Positions 35,108-44,360 of a stretch of 64,000 bases of DNA are shown piece by piece. The stretch comes from Candidatus Aldehydirespirator sp. GTDB lineage: Bacteria > Actinomycetota > Acidimicrobiia > Acidimicrobiales > Aldehydirespiratoraceae. Where the stretch lies: assembly GCA_965261105.1 (NCBI GenBank), contig CBDHCM010000006.1, positions 2,399,595 to 2,463,594 of the forward strand. Reading direction: 5' to 3'. The number at the start of each line of letters is the position of its first letter. Position 1 is the first letter of the stretch. Under the pieces are notes generated by a model. The model worked only from the letters and a program-made list of their open reading frames with translations. It made no database searches and was not told the origin of the DNA. The position numbers and the translations under genes were made by a program.

Positions 35108-35211
35108 GCCTGTAATATACATAATAGATATGGAAACATCTTTATATCGTCATATGCCTGTTGCTGGATTGAGCCTTCTAGCGTGTCGTTGACGCTCGTA
35201 GGCTGAGCGGC

Positions 35212-37524
35212 ATGGCTGTGTTTGCTAGTACTCCGGTCGAGTTGATCGAGGGCGTGTACGCCACGCTGGACGAGCGGGTGGGGCGGGCCCGGGAGAGCTT
35301 CGGGCGGCCGCTGACGCTGGCCGAGAAGATCCTGGTCAACCATCTGGATGCCTCTGAGACCGGGGTGCCCGAGCGGGGCGTGTCGTATGTGGACCTGCGC
35401 CCGGACCGGGTGGCCATGCAGGACGCCACCGCGCAGATGGCGTGGCTGCAGTTCATGACCGCGGGGCTCGACGAGGTGCGGGTGCCCACCACCACCCACT
35501 GCGACCACCTGATCACCGCCCGCACCGACGCCAGGCGCGACCTGCTGGCCGCGCTGTCGGGCAACGACGAGGTGTACGAGTTCCTGCGCAGCGTGTGCGC
35601 CCGCTACGGCGCCGGCTTCTGGAAGCCCGGCTCGGGCATCATCCACCAGGTCGTGCTGGAGAACTACGCCTTCTGTGGCGGGATGATGATCGGCACCGAC
35701 AGCCACACCCCCAACGCCGGCGGGCTGGCCATGGTGGCGGTTGGCGTGGGCGGCGCCGACGCGGTGGACGTGATGACCGGCTTCCCGTGGAACGTTCGCT
35801 GGCCCGAGTTCATCGGCGTGCGCCTCACCGGCGAGCTGAGCGGCTGGAGCGCCCCCAAGGACGTGATCCTCAAGGTGGCCGACATCCTCACCGTGGCCGG
35901 CGGCACCGGCGCCATCGTCGAGTACTTCGGTCCCGGCGCGCGGTCGCTCAGCGCCACCGGCAAGGCCACGATCTGCAACATGGGCGCCGAGATCGGCGCC
36001 ACCACCTCGATCTTCGACTACGACGAGTCGATGGGCCGCTACCTGCGGGCCACCGGCCGCGCCGAGGCCGCCGACCTGGCCGACTCGGTGGCGGACCACC
36101 TGTGCGGCGACCCCGAGACCGAGGCCGACCCCGAGCGCTTCTACGACCGGGTGGTGGAGTTCGACCTCGACGCCCTCGGGCCCCACATCAACGGCCCCCA
36201 CACCCCGGACCTCGCCCGCGAGGTCGCCGAGCTCGGTGACGAGGCCCGCGACCGCGGCTGGCCGCTGGAGATCAGCGCCGCGCTCGTCGGGAGCTGCACC
36301 AACTCGTCATATGAGGACATCACCCGAGCCGCCTCCATCGCCCGCGACGCGGCGGCCAAGGGCCTGCGGGCCCGCACCCGGCTGCTGGTGACCCCCGGAT
36401 CCGAGCAGATCCGCTCCACCATCGTGCGCGACGGTCTGATGGACGACTTCGAGACCCTCGGCGCGACCGTGCTGGCCAACGCCTGCGGGCCCTGCATCGG
36501 CCAGTGGGACCGCTCCGGAGACGCAGGCCACACACCAGGCCGGCCCAACGTGATCGTCACCTCCTACAACCGCAACTTCCCCAAGCGCAACGATGGAGAC
36601 CCGGCCACGCTCGCCTTCGTCACGTCGCCCGAGACCGTGATCGCGCTGGCATTGGCCGGCACCGTCGACTTCGACCCGATCAGCGGCAAGCTGACCAACG
36701 ACGACGGCGAGGCGGTGGCATTGGCCGAGCCGTCCGGCATAGAGCTGCCCCCCGACGGATTCGATCCCGGTGAAGACACCTTCGTGGCCCCGCCCGCGGA
36801 CGGCGCCGCCGTCGAGGTCGGGGTGTCGCCGGACTCCGAGCGCCTCCAACTGCTCGAGCCCTTCGCCCCCTGGGACGGGCGCGACTATGAGGATCTGCCG
36901 GTCATCGCCAAGGCCAGGGGCAAGTGCACCACCGACCACATCTCCGCGGCCGGGCCGTGGCTGCGGTACCGGGGCCACCTGGAGAACATCTCGGGCAACC
37001 TGTACCTGGGGGTGGTCAACGCGTTCAATTCCTCTGACGACCATCACGGATACGAGGTCGGCCACGGCCGCAACCAGCTCACCGGTGTGGTCCAGTCCCT
37101 GCCCGACATCGCCCGCGAGTACCACGCCGCCGGGCTGCGCTGGGTGTTCATCGGGGACTCCAACACCGGCGAGGGCTCCAGCCGGGAGCACGCAGCCATG
37201 GAGCCCCGGTTCCGGGGCTGCGTGCTGGCGCTGGCCCGCAGCTTCGCCCGCATCCACGAGACCAACCTCAAGAAGCAGGGCGTGCTGGCGCTGACGTTCG
37301 CCGATCCCGCCGACTACGAGCGCATCGGCGAGGACGACCGCCTGGCCGTGCGGGGACTGGCGGACCTCGCGCCGGGGCGGCCGGTGACGGTGGAGGTCAC
37401 TGCGCCCGGCGGCGCAGTCTGGACCTTCGAGGGATGCCACACCCTCAGCGCTGAACAGATCGAATGGTTCCGAGCCGGGAGCGCTCTGAACATCATCCGC
37501 AGCCGCGCCGACAGCAACCTATGA
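35212..37524 (+). CDS. acn: aconitate hydratase, mitochondrial-type (~770 aa)
   Basis: RPLTLAEKILVNHLD, DRVAMQDATAQMA, GTDSHTPNAGGLA, SCTNSSYED, ANACGPCIGQW, SYNRNFPKRNDG, GDSNTGEGSSREHAA. Length and N-terminus match the mitochondrial ACO2-type rather than the ~890-aa AcnA. Confidence 0.9.
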   Translation: MAVFASTPVELIEGVYATLDERVGRARESFGRPLTLAEKILVNHLDASETGVPERGVSYVDLRPDRVAMQDATAQMAWLQFMTAGLDEVRVPTTTHCDHLITARTDARRDLLAALSGNDEVYEFLRSVCARYGAGFWKPGSGIIHQVVLENYAFCGGMMIGTDSHTPNAGGLAMVAVGVGGADAVDVMTGFPWNVRWPEFIGVRLTGELSGWSAPKDVILKVADILTVAGGTGAIVEYFGPGARSLSATGKATICNMGAEIGATTSIFDYDESMGRYLRATGRAEAADLADSVADHLCGDPETEADPERFYDRVVEFDLDALGPHINGPHTPDLAREVAELGDEARDRGWPLEISAALVGSCTNSSYEDITRAASIARDAAAKGLRARTRLLVTPGSEQIRSTIVRDGLMDDFETLGATVLANACGPCIGQWDRSGDAGHTPGRPNVIVTSYNRNFPKRNDGDPATLAFVTSPETVIALALAGTVDFDPISGKLTNDDGEAVALAEPSGIELPPDGFDPGEDTFVAPPADGAAVEVGVSPDSERLQLLEPFAPWDGRDYEDLPVIAKARGKCTTDHISAAGPWLRYRGHLENISGNLYLGVVNAFNSSDDHHGYEVGHGRNQLTGVVQSLPDIAREYHAAGLRWVFIGDSNTGEGSSREHAAMEPRFRGCVLALARSFARIHETNLKKQGVLALTFADPADYERIGEDDRLAVRGLADLAPGRPVTVEVTAPGGAVWTFEGCHTLSAEQIEWFRAGSALNIIRSRADSNL

Positions 37525-37530
37525 GCCACC

Positions 37531-37584
37531 CATGGCGGCAGGACCCCGCATAGCGGCAGGACCCCGCATGGCGGCAGGATCCCG
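37531..37584. repeat. 18-bp tandem repeat x3 (CATGGCGGCAGGACCCCG) starting 7 nt after the aconitase stop
   Basis: Three units with 1-2 substitutions, read directly. Confidence 0.9.
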
Positions 37585-37763
37585 CGTGGCCGACGCCATC
37601 AGGCGCATCGTGCGGAGCGAGGCGGCGAACCAGCCCCACATCCACGCCGTGCAGTCGCGCCCACAGCAGACGGCCGCGGCGCGGTCCTCGCATCTACGAT
37701 GACCACTATGCTTACAGCATGCGCTGATCGGTTGGCACCGCCTCGCGTCGCAGCGTCTCATTT

Positions 37764-37864
37764 CCCGCTCTTGTTCGCTGCGCTCACGGGCCGCTCGGGC
37801 CGCGGCCTCGCTCAGCGCATCGCGAGGTCCTCGTGAACCCTGGCCAAACCGCCCGGTCTCTGAC
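37764..37864 (+). repeat. dispersed ~100-nt intergenic element, copy C (intact)
   Basis: CCCGCTCTTGTTCGCTGCGCTCACGGGCCGCTCGGGCCGCGGCCTCGCTCAGCGC... aligns with copy B along its length. Overlaps the GTG start proposed for the carboxyltransferase. Confidence 0.85.
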
Positions 37865-39224
37865 AGCCTCTCAGACGACCACGATCGGCATCCGCGCCGG
37901 GGCCTCCGGGTTCGTCCACAGCCGTGTGACGGCCATCGGCGCCCGGACCGTCGTCGAGATCGACGCCCGCGGGTCTGAGGAGAACCGCAGCAGAGCGCTG
38001 ACGCCCGCCGACGGCCAGAGCATGGCCGCCGCAGCCTGCCTGGCCCGCACACAGCGGCTTCCGGTGGTGCTGAGGCTGGCATCCTCCGGCGCCGACCTCA
38101 ACGCCGGGGTCGCCGCCCTCCACGGCTGGGCCACCGCGGCCGCGGAGCTGGCTCGCTGCTCGGGGGTAGTGCCGGTGATCGTGATCGCGGCCGGACCCAA
38201 CGTCTCGGGCCCGGCCCTGCTGCTGGGCTTGGCCGACTTCGTGGTGATGACCGCCGACGCCTATGCCTTCGTGGTAGGGCCCCAGATGGTGGAGCACTTC
38301 ACCGGTATGCCCGTAGACCGCGACGAGCTGGGCGGCGGCGAGACCCACTCCGTCACCTCGGGCGTGGCCAGCTTCCTGGCCGCTGACATGTCCGAGGCCG
38401 ACGAGATAGCGGCCGAGCTGCTCGGCTACCTCCCTGACAGCAACGACTCCGACCCGCCCGCCCGGGTGTGCACCGATCCTGCCGACCGGGCTGTGCCCGA
38501 GGCCTTCGAGGTGCTGCCGGCCGAGTCGGGGGGAGCCTACGACGTGCGCGACGTGCTGGCCGCGGTCGCCGACCACGGCGTGCTGCTGGAGCCTCACACC
38601 TACTGGGGCGCCAACCTGGTGACCGCGTTCGCCTCCTTGGGGGGGCGGCCCGTCGGGATCGTGGCCAACCAGCCCCAGTCGCTGGCCGGGACGCTCGACA
38701 TCACCGCCTCCCGCAAGGGCGCCCGCTTCGTGGCCTTCTGCGACGCGTTCAACCTTCCGCTGGTGACCTTCGTCGACACGTCCGGCTTCTACCCGGGCAA
38801 AGACCTGGAGTGGCGGGGAATGATCCGCTACGGGGCCCAGCTGGCGTTCTCCTATGCACGGGCCACGGTCCCCCGAGTCAATGTCACCCTGCGCAAGTCC
38901 TACGGCGGCGCGTACATCGTGATGGACTCCAAGCCGATGGGCAACGACGTGGCCCTGGCGTGGCCCACGGCCGAGATCGCGGTGATGGGAGCCAAGGGGG
39001 CGGTGGAGATCCTGCACCGGTCGGCCGGCGCGGCCGAGCGGGCTGCGATGGAGGCGGCCTACGAGCAGCGCCTCCTGAACCCGTACGCCGCCGCGGATCG
39101 CGGCGCCATCGACTCGGTGATCGAGCCGGCCGACACGCGGCGGGAGATCTGCGCCGCGCTGGAGATGCTCGTCTCCAAGCGGGAGCGCCTGCCCCGGCGA
39201 CGCCACGACAACGCCCCGCTGTAA
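37833..39224 (+). CDS. acyl-CoA carboxylase carboxyltransferase (beta) subunit
   Basis: GGGETHSVTSGVA, IVANQPQSLAGTLDITASRKGARFV, FCDAFNLPLVTFVDTSGF, RKSYGGAYIVM. The start is uncertain because it lies in a repeat element. Confidence 0.8.
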   Translation: MNPGQTARSLTASQTTTIGIRAGASGFVHSRVTAIGARTVVEIDARGSEENRSRALTPADGQSMAAAACLARTQRLPVVLRLASSGADLNAGVAALHGWATAAAELARCSGVVPVIVIAAGPNVSGPALLLGLADFVVMTADAYAFVVGPQMVEHFTGMPVDRDELGGGETHSVTSGVASFLAADMSEADEIAAELLGYLPDSNDSDPPARVCTDPADRAVPEAFEVLPAESGGAYDVRDVLAAVADHGVLLEPHTYWGANLVTAFASLGGRPVGIVANQPQSLAGTLDITASRKGARFVAFCDAFNLPLVTFVDTSGFYPGKDLEWRGMIRYGAQLAFSYARATVPRVNVTLRKSYGGAYIVMDSKPMGNDVALAWPTAEIAVMGAKGAVEILHRSAGAAERAAMEAAYEQRLLNPYAAADRGAIDSVIEPADTRREICAALEMLVSKRERLPRRRHDNAPL

Positions 39225-39612
39225 CGCCACGATCGGCGCCCCGAAACAAGCGCCCGCTGCAACAGAACCGCCTTACACACCCCGCCATAACGCCCCGAAA
39301 CAAGCGCCCGCTGCAACAGAACCGCCTTACACGCCCCCCGCCATAACGCCCCGAAACAAGCGCCCCCCTGCAACAGAACCGCCTTACACGCCCCCCGCCA
39401 TAACGCCCCGAAACAAGCGCCCGCTGCAACAGAACCGCCTTACACGCCCCCCGCCATAACGCCCCGAAACAAGCGCCCGCTGCAACAGAACCGCCTTACA
39501 CGCCCCCCGCCATAACGCCCCGAAACAAGCGCCCCGCCGAAAAAGCCCCCATATGTGCGCCCTGCTGCAAAAGCCTCGACAAATGCGCTCCGGCCATAAA
39601 CGCCCCGCTGTA
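39210..39612. repeat. ~56-bp tandem repeat x~6.5 between carboxyltransferase and gltA, bracketed by a 14-nt direct repeat of the carboxyltransferase 3' end
   Basis: Units CGCCCCGAAACAAGCGCCCGCTGCAACAGAACCGCCTTACACGCCCCCCGCCATAA start at 39237, 39291, 39347, 39404, 39460 and 39516, plus a diverged last unit. AACGCCCCGCTGTA occurs at 39210-39223 and 39599-39612. Confidence 0.9.
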
Positions 39613-39614
39613 GT

Positions 39615-40940
39615 GTGATGACCGATGATGGCCAGCATGACGATCACCGCCGCCGGCCGAACGGGGTGTATCGCGTGACTGAGAGCATCACCATCACCGA
39701 CAACCGCAGCGGGAGCAGCATCGAGATCCCGATCGTCGCGGGCGGCGTCGACTCCGCGGCCTGGCGCAAGCTGCTGCCAGGCGTCTGGTTCCACGATCCG
39801 GGGCTGGCCACCACCGCGGTCACCTCCAGCGCGGTGGCCCAGATCGACGGCGAGGCCGGCATCCTGCGCTACCGCGGCTACCCCATCGAGCAGCTGGCCG
39901 AGCACAGCACGTTCCCGGAGGTCGCCCACCTCCTCATTTACGGGGAGCTGCCCACCCAGGCCGAGCTCGACGAGTGGGTGCACGAGATAACCCGGCACAC
40001 GTTCATCCACGAGAACTTTCGCAAGCGCGTCTTCGACGCCTTCCACTACGACGCCCACCCGATGGGGTTGCTCACCTCGGGCGTGGCGGGCCTGTCCACC
40101 TTCTATCCCGAGGCCAAGGACATCTTCGACCCCGACAATCGCAGGGCGCAGATCGTCCGCTTGATCGCCAAGATGCCCACGCTGGCCGCGGCGGCCTACC
40201 GGTTCTCGAGGGGCCTGCCGTTCATCTTCCCCGACAACGCCCACGACTACCCGGAGCGCTTTCTGAAGATGATGTTCGACGTCGGCGGCGACTACGAGCC
40301 CGACGAGGCCCTCGTGCGGGCCATGCGGGTGCTGTTCATCCTGCACGCCGACCACGGCCAGAACTGCTCCACCACGGCGACCCGCGTTGTCGGGTCGAGC
40401 CACGCCGACCCCTACACCGCTATCGCGGCCGGCTGCGCCGCCCTCTACGGGCCGCTGCACGGAGGGGCCAACGAGGCCGTGATCAACATGCTGAATCAGA
40501 TCGGCACCTTCGACGAGGTCGACAGCTTCATCGCCGGCGTGAAGCGGGGCGGGCACCGGCTGATGGGATTCGGGCACCGCGTGTACAAGAACTACGACCC
40601 GAGGGCGGTCATCATCAAGGAGGCGGCCCACGACGTGTTCGCGGTGATCGGCAAGAACCCGCTGCTCGACATCGCCCTCAAGCTTGAGGAGGTCGCGCTG
40701 GCCGACGACTATTTCGTGAGCCGGCGCCTGTACCCGAACGTGGACTTCTACTCGGGCCTCATCTACCAGTCGCTGGGCTTCCCCACCAACATGTTCACCG
40801 TGCTGTTCGCCATTGGCCGCACCCCCGGGTGGCTGGCCCACTGGAACGAGCTGATCGAGCAGAACTCCCGGATATACCGGCCCCGCCAGGTCTACGTGGG
40901 CGCCGAGCGGCGCGACTACGTGGCGATGTCAGACCGCTAG
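39615..40940 (+). CDS. gltA: citrate synthase
   Basis: GILRYRGYPIEQL, LHADHGQNCSTT, GPLHGGANE, GFGHRVYKNYDPR, NVDFYSG. Confidence 0.95.
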   Translation: MMTDDGQHDDHRRRPNGVYRVTESITITDNRSGSSIEIPIVAGGVDSAAWRKLLPGVWFHDPGLATTAVTSSAVAQIDGEAGILRYRGYPIEQLAEHSTFPEVAHLLIYGELPTQAELDEWVHEITRHTFIHENFRKRVFDAFHYDAHPMGLLTSGVAGLSTFYPEAKDIFDPDNRRAQIVRLIAKMPTLAAAAYRFSRGLPFIFPDNAHDYPERFLKMMFDVGGDYEPDEALVRAMRVLFILHADHGQNCSTTATRVVGSSHADPYTAIAAGCAALYGPLHGGANEAVINMLNQIGTFDEVDSFIAGVKRGGHRLMGFGHRVYKNYDPRAVIIKEAAHDVFAVIGKNPLLDIALKLEEVALADDYFVSRRLYPNVDFYSGLIYQSLGFPTNMFTVLFAIGRTPGWLAHWNELIEQNSRIYRPRQVYVGAERRDYVAMSDR

Positions 40941-40991
40941 CGGACCCGCGGCCAGTCTTCGCGAGAAGCGGCGTATATCGCCACAGAGCGC

Positions 40992-41023
40992 GAAGAACGC
41001 GGTCTATCCGCTCGGCCTCTAGG
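40992..41023 (+). repeat. partial copy (3' module) of the dispersed element
   Basis: GAAGAACGCGGTCTATCCGCTCGGCCTCTAGG. The terminal CTAG again supplies the stop codon of a minus-strand gene (qor). Confidence 0.7.
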
Positions 41024-42002
41024 CCGGGGCGATGTCGAGGACGATCTTCCCCGCGTTGAGATTGGCCTCCATGCGCTGGTGGGCTGCGGGCGCTTGGGTC
41101 AGCGGGAAGCGGCTGTCGATCACCGGGGCGAGGGCGCCGGTGGCTGCGTGGGGCAGCATCTCGGCCGCGAACTGGCGGGTGACCGCGATCTTCTCCTCTA
41201 TGGGGCGGGCCCGCAGGGTGGTGCCGATCAGGGCGGCCCGCTTGGCCATCAGCGCGGCCGGGTTGAACGGCACGGACGCCCCGGACATGACGCCGACCTG
41301 CACGATGCGCCCGTTGGTTCGCAGGCACTTGATGTTGCGGGGCAGGTAGTCGCCGCCGATCACGTCGAGCACCACGTCGACCCCGGCGCCGCCGGTGGCG
41401 GCGCTGACGGCCTCCACGAAGTCCTCGCTGCGGTAGTCGATGACCGCATCGGCGCCGAGGGCCTCGCACACATGGTGCTTGCCCGCGGAGGCGGTCACCG
41501 CGATGCGGGCGCCCATGGCCTTGGCGATCTGGATGGACGCGGTGCCCACGCCGGAGGCTCCGGCGTGCACCAGCGCCCAACGCCCGGATGTGAGACCCCC
41601 CTGGCGCACGAGCGCGTCCCAGGCGGTGATGAACACCTCTGGGAATGCGCCGGCGACGTGCAGCCCGAGCGCCTCGGGCACCGCCATGGCCTGGCGCTCG
41701 TGCACTGCGACCTGCTCGGCGTAGCCGCCTCCTCCCACGATGCCCATCACGGCGTCGCCGACGGCGTGGGCGGTGACCCGCTCCCCCACCGCGGCCACCC
41801 GGCCGGCGAACTCCAGGCCGGGGATCTCGTGGGCGGCCGTCGGCCCCGGGTACAGGCCCCGGCGCTGCAGCAGGTCGGCGCGATTGATGGCCGAGGTCAC
41901 CACGTCCACCAGGACCTCCTCTGGTCCGGGGAGCGGGTCGGGCACCTGCCGCACGACGAGGACCTCGGGTCCCCCTTTGACGGTGATGACGACAGCTCTC
42001 AT
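41019..42002 (-). CDS. qor: NADPH:quinone oxidoreductase (zeta-crystallin / MDR family)
   Basis: MRAVVITVKGGPEVL, INRADLLQRRGLYPGP, VHAGASGVGTA; start at MRAV. Confidence 0.8.
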   Translation of the reverse strand: MRAVVITVKGGPEVLVVRQVPDPLPGPEEVLVDVVTSAINRADLLQRRGLYPGPTAAHEIPGLEFAGRVAAVGERVTAHAVGDAVMGIVGGGGYAEQVAVHERQAMAVPEALGLHVAGAFPEVFITAWDALVRQGGLTSGRWALVHAGASGVGTASIQIAKAMGARIAVTASAGKHHVCEALGADAVIDYRSEDFVEAVSAATGGAGVDVVLDVIGGDYLPRNIKCLRTNGRIVQVGVMSGASVPFNPAALMAKRAALIGTTLRARPIEEKIAVTRQFAAEMLPHAATGALAPVIDSRFPLTQAPAAHQRMEANLNAGKIVLDIAPA

Positions 42003-42069
42003 GGTGATTCTCCCATCGATGCCGCCGTCAGGTATAGCGGCATGCTGCATCCGTGCCGCCGCCTCCGGC

Positions 42070-43833
42070 TCATGGAGCGCTCGCCGGCGACGCGGAGGCC
42101 GACGCCTCGACGGTCGAATGGAGGCGCAGCGTCGACGGGTAGGGAAAGAAGTCGGGAAAGTCGCCGGCGCGGTTGCGCTGCTTCATCGTCTGCCAGAAGT
42201 CGAGGGTGGCGATCTCGGGGTGGTGCTCGCCGAACACCTCGCCCACTATGGGAGGCGAGCGCAGGTAGGTGGCGAACTCCTCGGGGAACACGTCGTCGGC
42301 CCCGACGGAGAACCACGGCTGGTCGAGCATCTCGTCGGCGTCGTCGCGGGGCGGGGGCAGAGCCCGGAAGTTCACCTCCGACAGCAGGGCCAGCTCGTCG
42401 TAGTCGTAGAACACCACCGAGCCGAGCCGGGTGACCCCGAAGTTCTTGGGGAACAGGTCACCGGGGAAGATGTTGGCCGCGGCCAGGTCCTTGATGGCGT
42501 TGCCGTAGTCGACGGCTGCGGCCATCGCCCGGTCGGGCGCCACCTCGCGCAGGTAGAGGTCGAGCGGGTAGACGCGCCGCTCGGTGTAGACGTGGCCCAG
42601 CACCACCTCGGTGTCGGTGATGGTGACGGTGCGCGAGCACTCTTGCTGCAGCTCCTCGAGGAGGTCGTCGTCGAAGCGGTCCCGGGCGAAGGTGAGGTTC
42701 TCGAACTCCTGGGCGTCGACGAGCCGGCCGACCCGGTCGAATCCGAACACGAGCCGGTAGCGGCGCTTCACGTCCTCGGGGGTGGTCCGCTTGCTGGGCG
42801 GGAAGCGGTCCTTGATCACCTTGAAGACCACGTCGAACGACGGCAGCGCGAACACCGCCATGACGGTGCCGGGCGCGCCCCGCGAGTGCTCGAAGCGGGT
42901 GTTGGAGTGCTCCATGTGCCGGTACAGGGCGCGGAACAGGTTGGTCTTGCCGTGCTGGGAGTACCCGAGGGAGGTGTACAGCTCGGCCACCGGCTTGACT
43001 GGCAGCATCGACTTGAGGAACGCCACCACCACGGCGGGGCGCTCCGACAGCACGTGCATGTAGGAGCGGGCGTAGCTGAACAGGCGGCTGGCGGCGGGCT
43101 CGGTGAGGAGGGCGGCGTCGACGTGCACGCCGGTGTCGTCGTGGACTACGGGCAGGATGCAGGGCGACACCCGGTTGAGCCACCGCAGGCGGCCGACGAG
43201 GTAGGCGCCCTTCTGGCGGTAGAAGACGGCGTCGAGCACGTCGATGGCGTCTAGGTCCCTCCAGACGCCGTCGAGATAGCCGTCGATGCGGCGGGCGACG
43301 AGAGCGGCGTCGCGGCCCAGATCGGCGAAGTGCGGGCCGAGGGGGCTGTGTTCGAGGATGGCGGCGACCGCGGCCGCGGTGGAGTCGCCCACATTCGCGC
43401 TGTGGTGCTCCGGGCAGGCGCCGTCGGTGGCGGGCAGGGAGGTGGGCCCGAGCCAGATGAACTCGAGCTCCCGGTCGAGGCCCACGACACTGAACAGGCG
43501 CCGGGTTACGGAGTTGTAGAAGGTCTCGGCCAACTCCATGTCGCCGCGGTGCGACACGAGCTCGACGTAGCGGCGCTGGGCGTCGATCCAGGCTTGGCGG
43601 GCGCCGGTGGCCGGGAGTTGGGCGCGGCAGGCCTCCACGGTGTCGAGCACGGCGGCGGTGTGCAGGTTCAGACGCTCGGCGGCGTCTTGGCGGTGGCCTT
43701 GCCAGTCGCGGGCCAGGAATCGGTCCTCGGCTCGGGCGGTGACCGTGATGAAGTCGGAGTGGAAGGCTTCGAAGCGCTCGTAGAGGATGCGGGCCGGCTC
43801 GCCGGGCGTGCTCGAACGGCCGGGCGGGCCCAC
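42070..43833 (-). CDS. aceK: bifunctional isocitrate dehydrogenase kinase/phosphatase
   Basis: Colinear with E. coli AceK from memory: VFKVIKDRFPPSK, DRVGRLVDAQEFEN, YGNAIKDLAAANIFPGDLFPKNFGVTR.GSVVFYDYDE, DVFPEEF. Confidence 0.9.
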   Translation of the reverse strand: MGPPGRSSTPGEPARILYERFEAFHSDFITVTARAEDRFLARDWQGHRQDAAERLNLHTAAVLDTVEACRAQLPATGARQAWIDAQRRYVELVSHRGDMELAETFYNSVTRRLFSVVGLDRELEFIWLGPTSLPATDGACPEHHSANVGDSTAAAVAAILEHSPLGPHFADLGRDAALVARRIDGYLDGVWRDLDAIDVLDAVFYRQKGAYLVGRLRWLNRVSPCILPVVHDDTGVHVDAALLTEPAASRLFSYARSYMHVLSERPAVVVAFLKSMLPVKPVAELYTSLGYSQHGKTNLFRALYRHMEHSNTRFEHSRGAPGTVMAVFALPSFDVVFKVIKDRFPPSKRTTPEDVKRRYRLVFGFDRVGRLVDAQEFENLTFARDRFDDDLLEELQQECSRTVTITDTEVVLGHVYTERRVYPLDLYLREVAPDRAMAAAVDYGNAIKDLAAANIFPGDLFPKNFGVTRLGSVVFYDYDELALLSEVNFRALPPPRDDADEMLDQPWFSVGADDVFPEEFATYLRSPPIVGEVFGEHHPEIATLDFWQTMKQRNRAGDFPDFFPYPSTLRLHSTVEASASASPASAP

Positions 43834-43843
43834 GGTGGAGGCT

Positions 43844-44200
43844 TCAGTCGCCGGCGGCGCCGGCCTCGTTGCGAGCCAGGTCGTGGTGGCGGATGACCTC
43901 GTCGATCACGAATCGCAGGAACTTCTCACTGAAGGACGGGTCGAGGTTCGCCGCTGCGGCCAAGTCGCGCAGCCGGGCGATCTGCTGCTCCTCGCGCTGG
44001 GGGTCGGCGGGCGGCAGTCCGACGCTCGCCTTGTAGACGCCGATCTGCTTGGTGACCTTGAACCGCTCCGCGAGCAGCAGAATCAGCGCGGCGTCGATGT
44101 TGTCGATGCTCGACCGGTACCCGGCCAGCGTCTCGTCCTCGGCGCCTGCACTCACAGCTAGGCAAGCTATCGCCCACCAGGGACGGGAGCGCCTGTTCAT
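43844..44200 (-). CDS. chorismate mutase (AroQ class)
   Basis: YRSSIDNIDAALILLLAERFKVTKQIGVYKASVGLPPADPQREEQQIARL...FLRFVIDEVIRHH. The start (ATG 44200) lies in a duplicated segment, so it is uncertain. Confidence 0.7.
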   Translation of the reverse strand: MNRRSRPWWAIACLAVSAGAEDETLAGYRSSIDNIDAALILLLAERFKVTKQIGVYKASVGLPPADPQREEQQIARLRDLAAAANLDPSFSEKFLRFVIDEVIRHHDLARNEAGAAGD

Positions 44201-44259
44201 AGGTAGCAGGAGCATCCGATGATTGAGTCCATCGCCCCCAGGGATGGGAGCGCCTGTTA
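44169..44259. repeat. ~30-nt direct repeat (period ~61) duplicating the chorismate mutase start region
   Basis: ATCGCCCACCAGGGACGGGAGCGCCTGTTCA (44169-44199, contains the ATG on the minus strand) versus ATCGCCCCCAGGGATGGGAGCGCCTGTTA (44231-44259). Confidence 0.85.
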
Positions 44260-44360
44260 CAAGACGACCAAGGCCTGCTCTGAATTCACAGCCGACCGGA
44301 GCCTGCCCGACCCGGCATGGGACCGACCCACCCCACGGGCCGGCTATACCACGGCGAACT

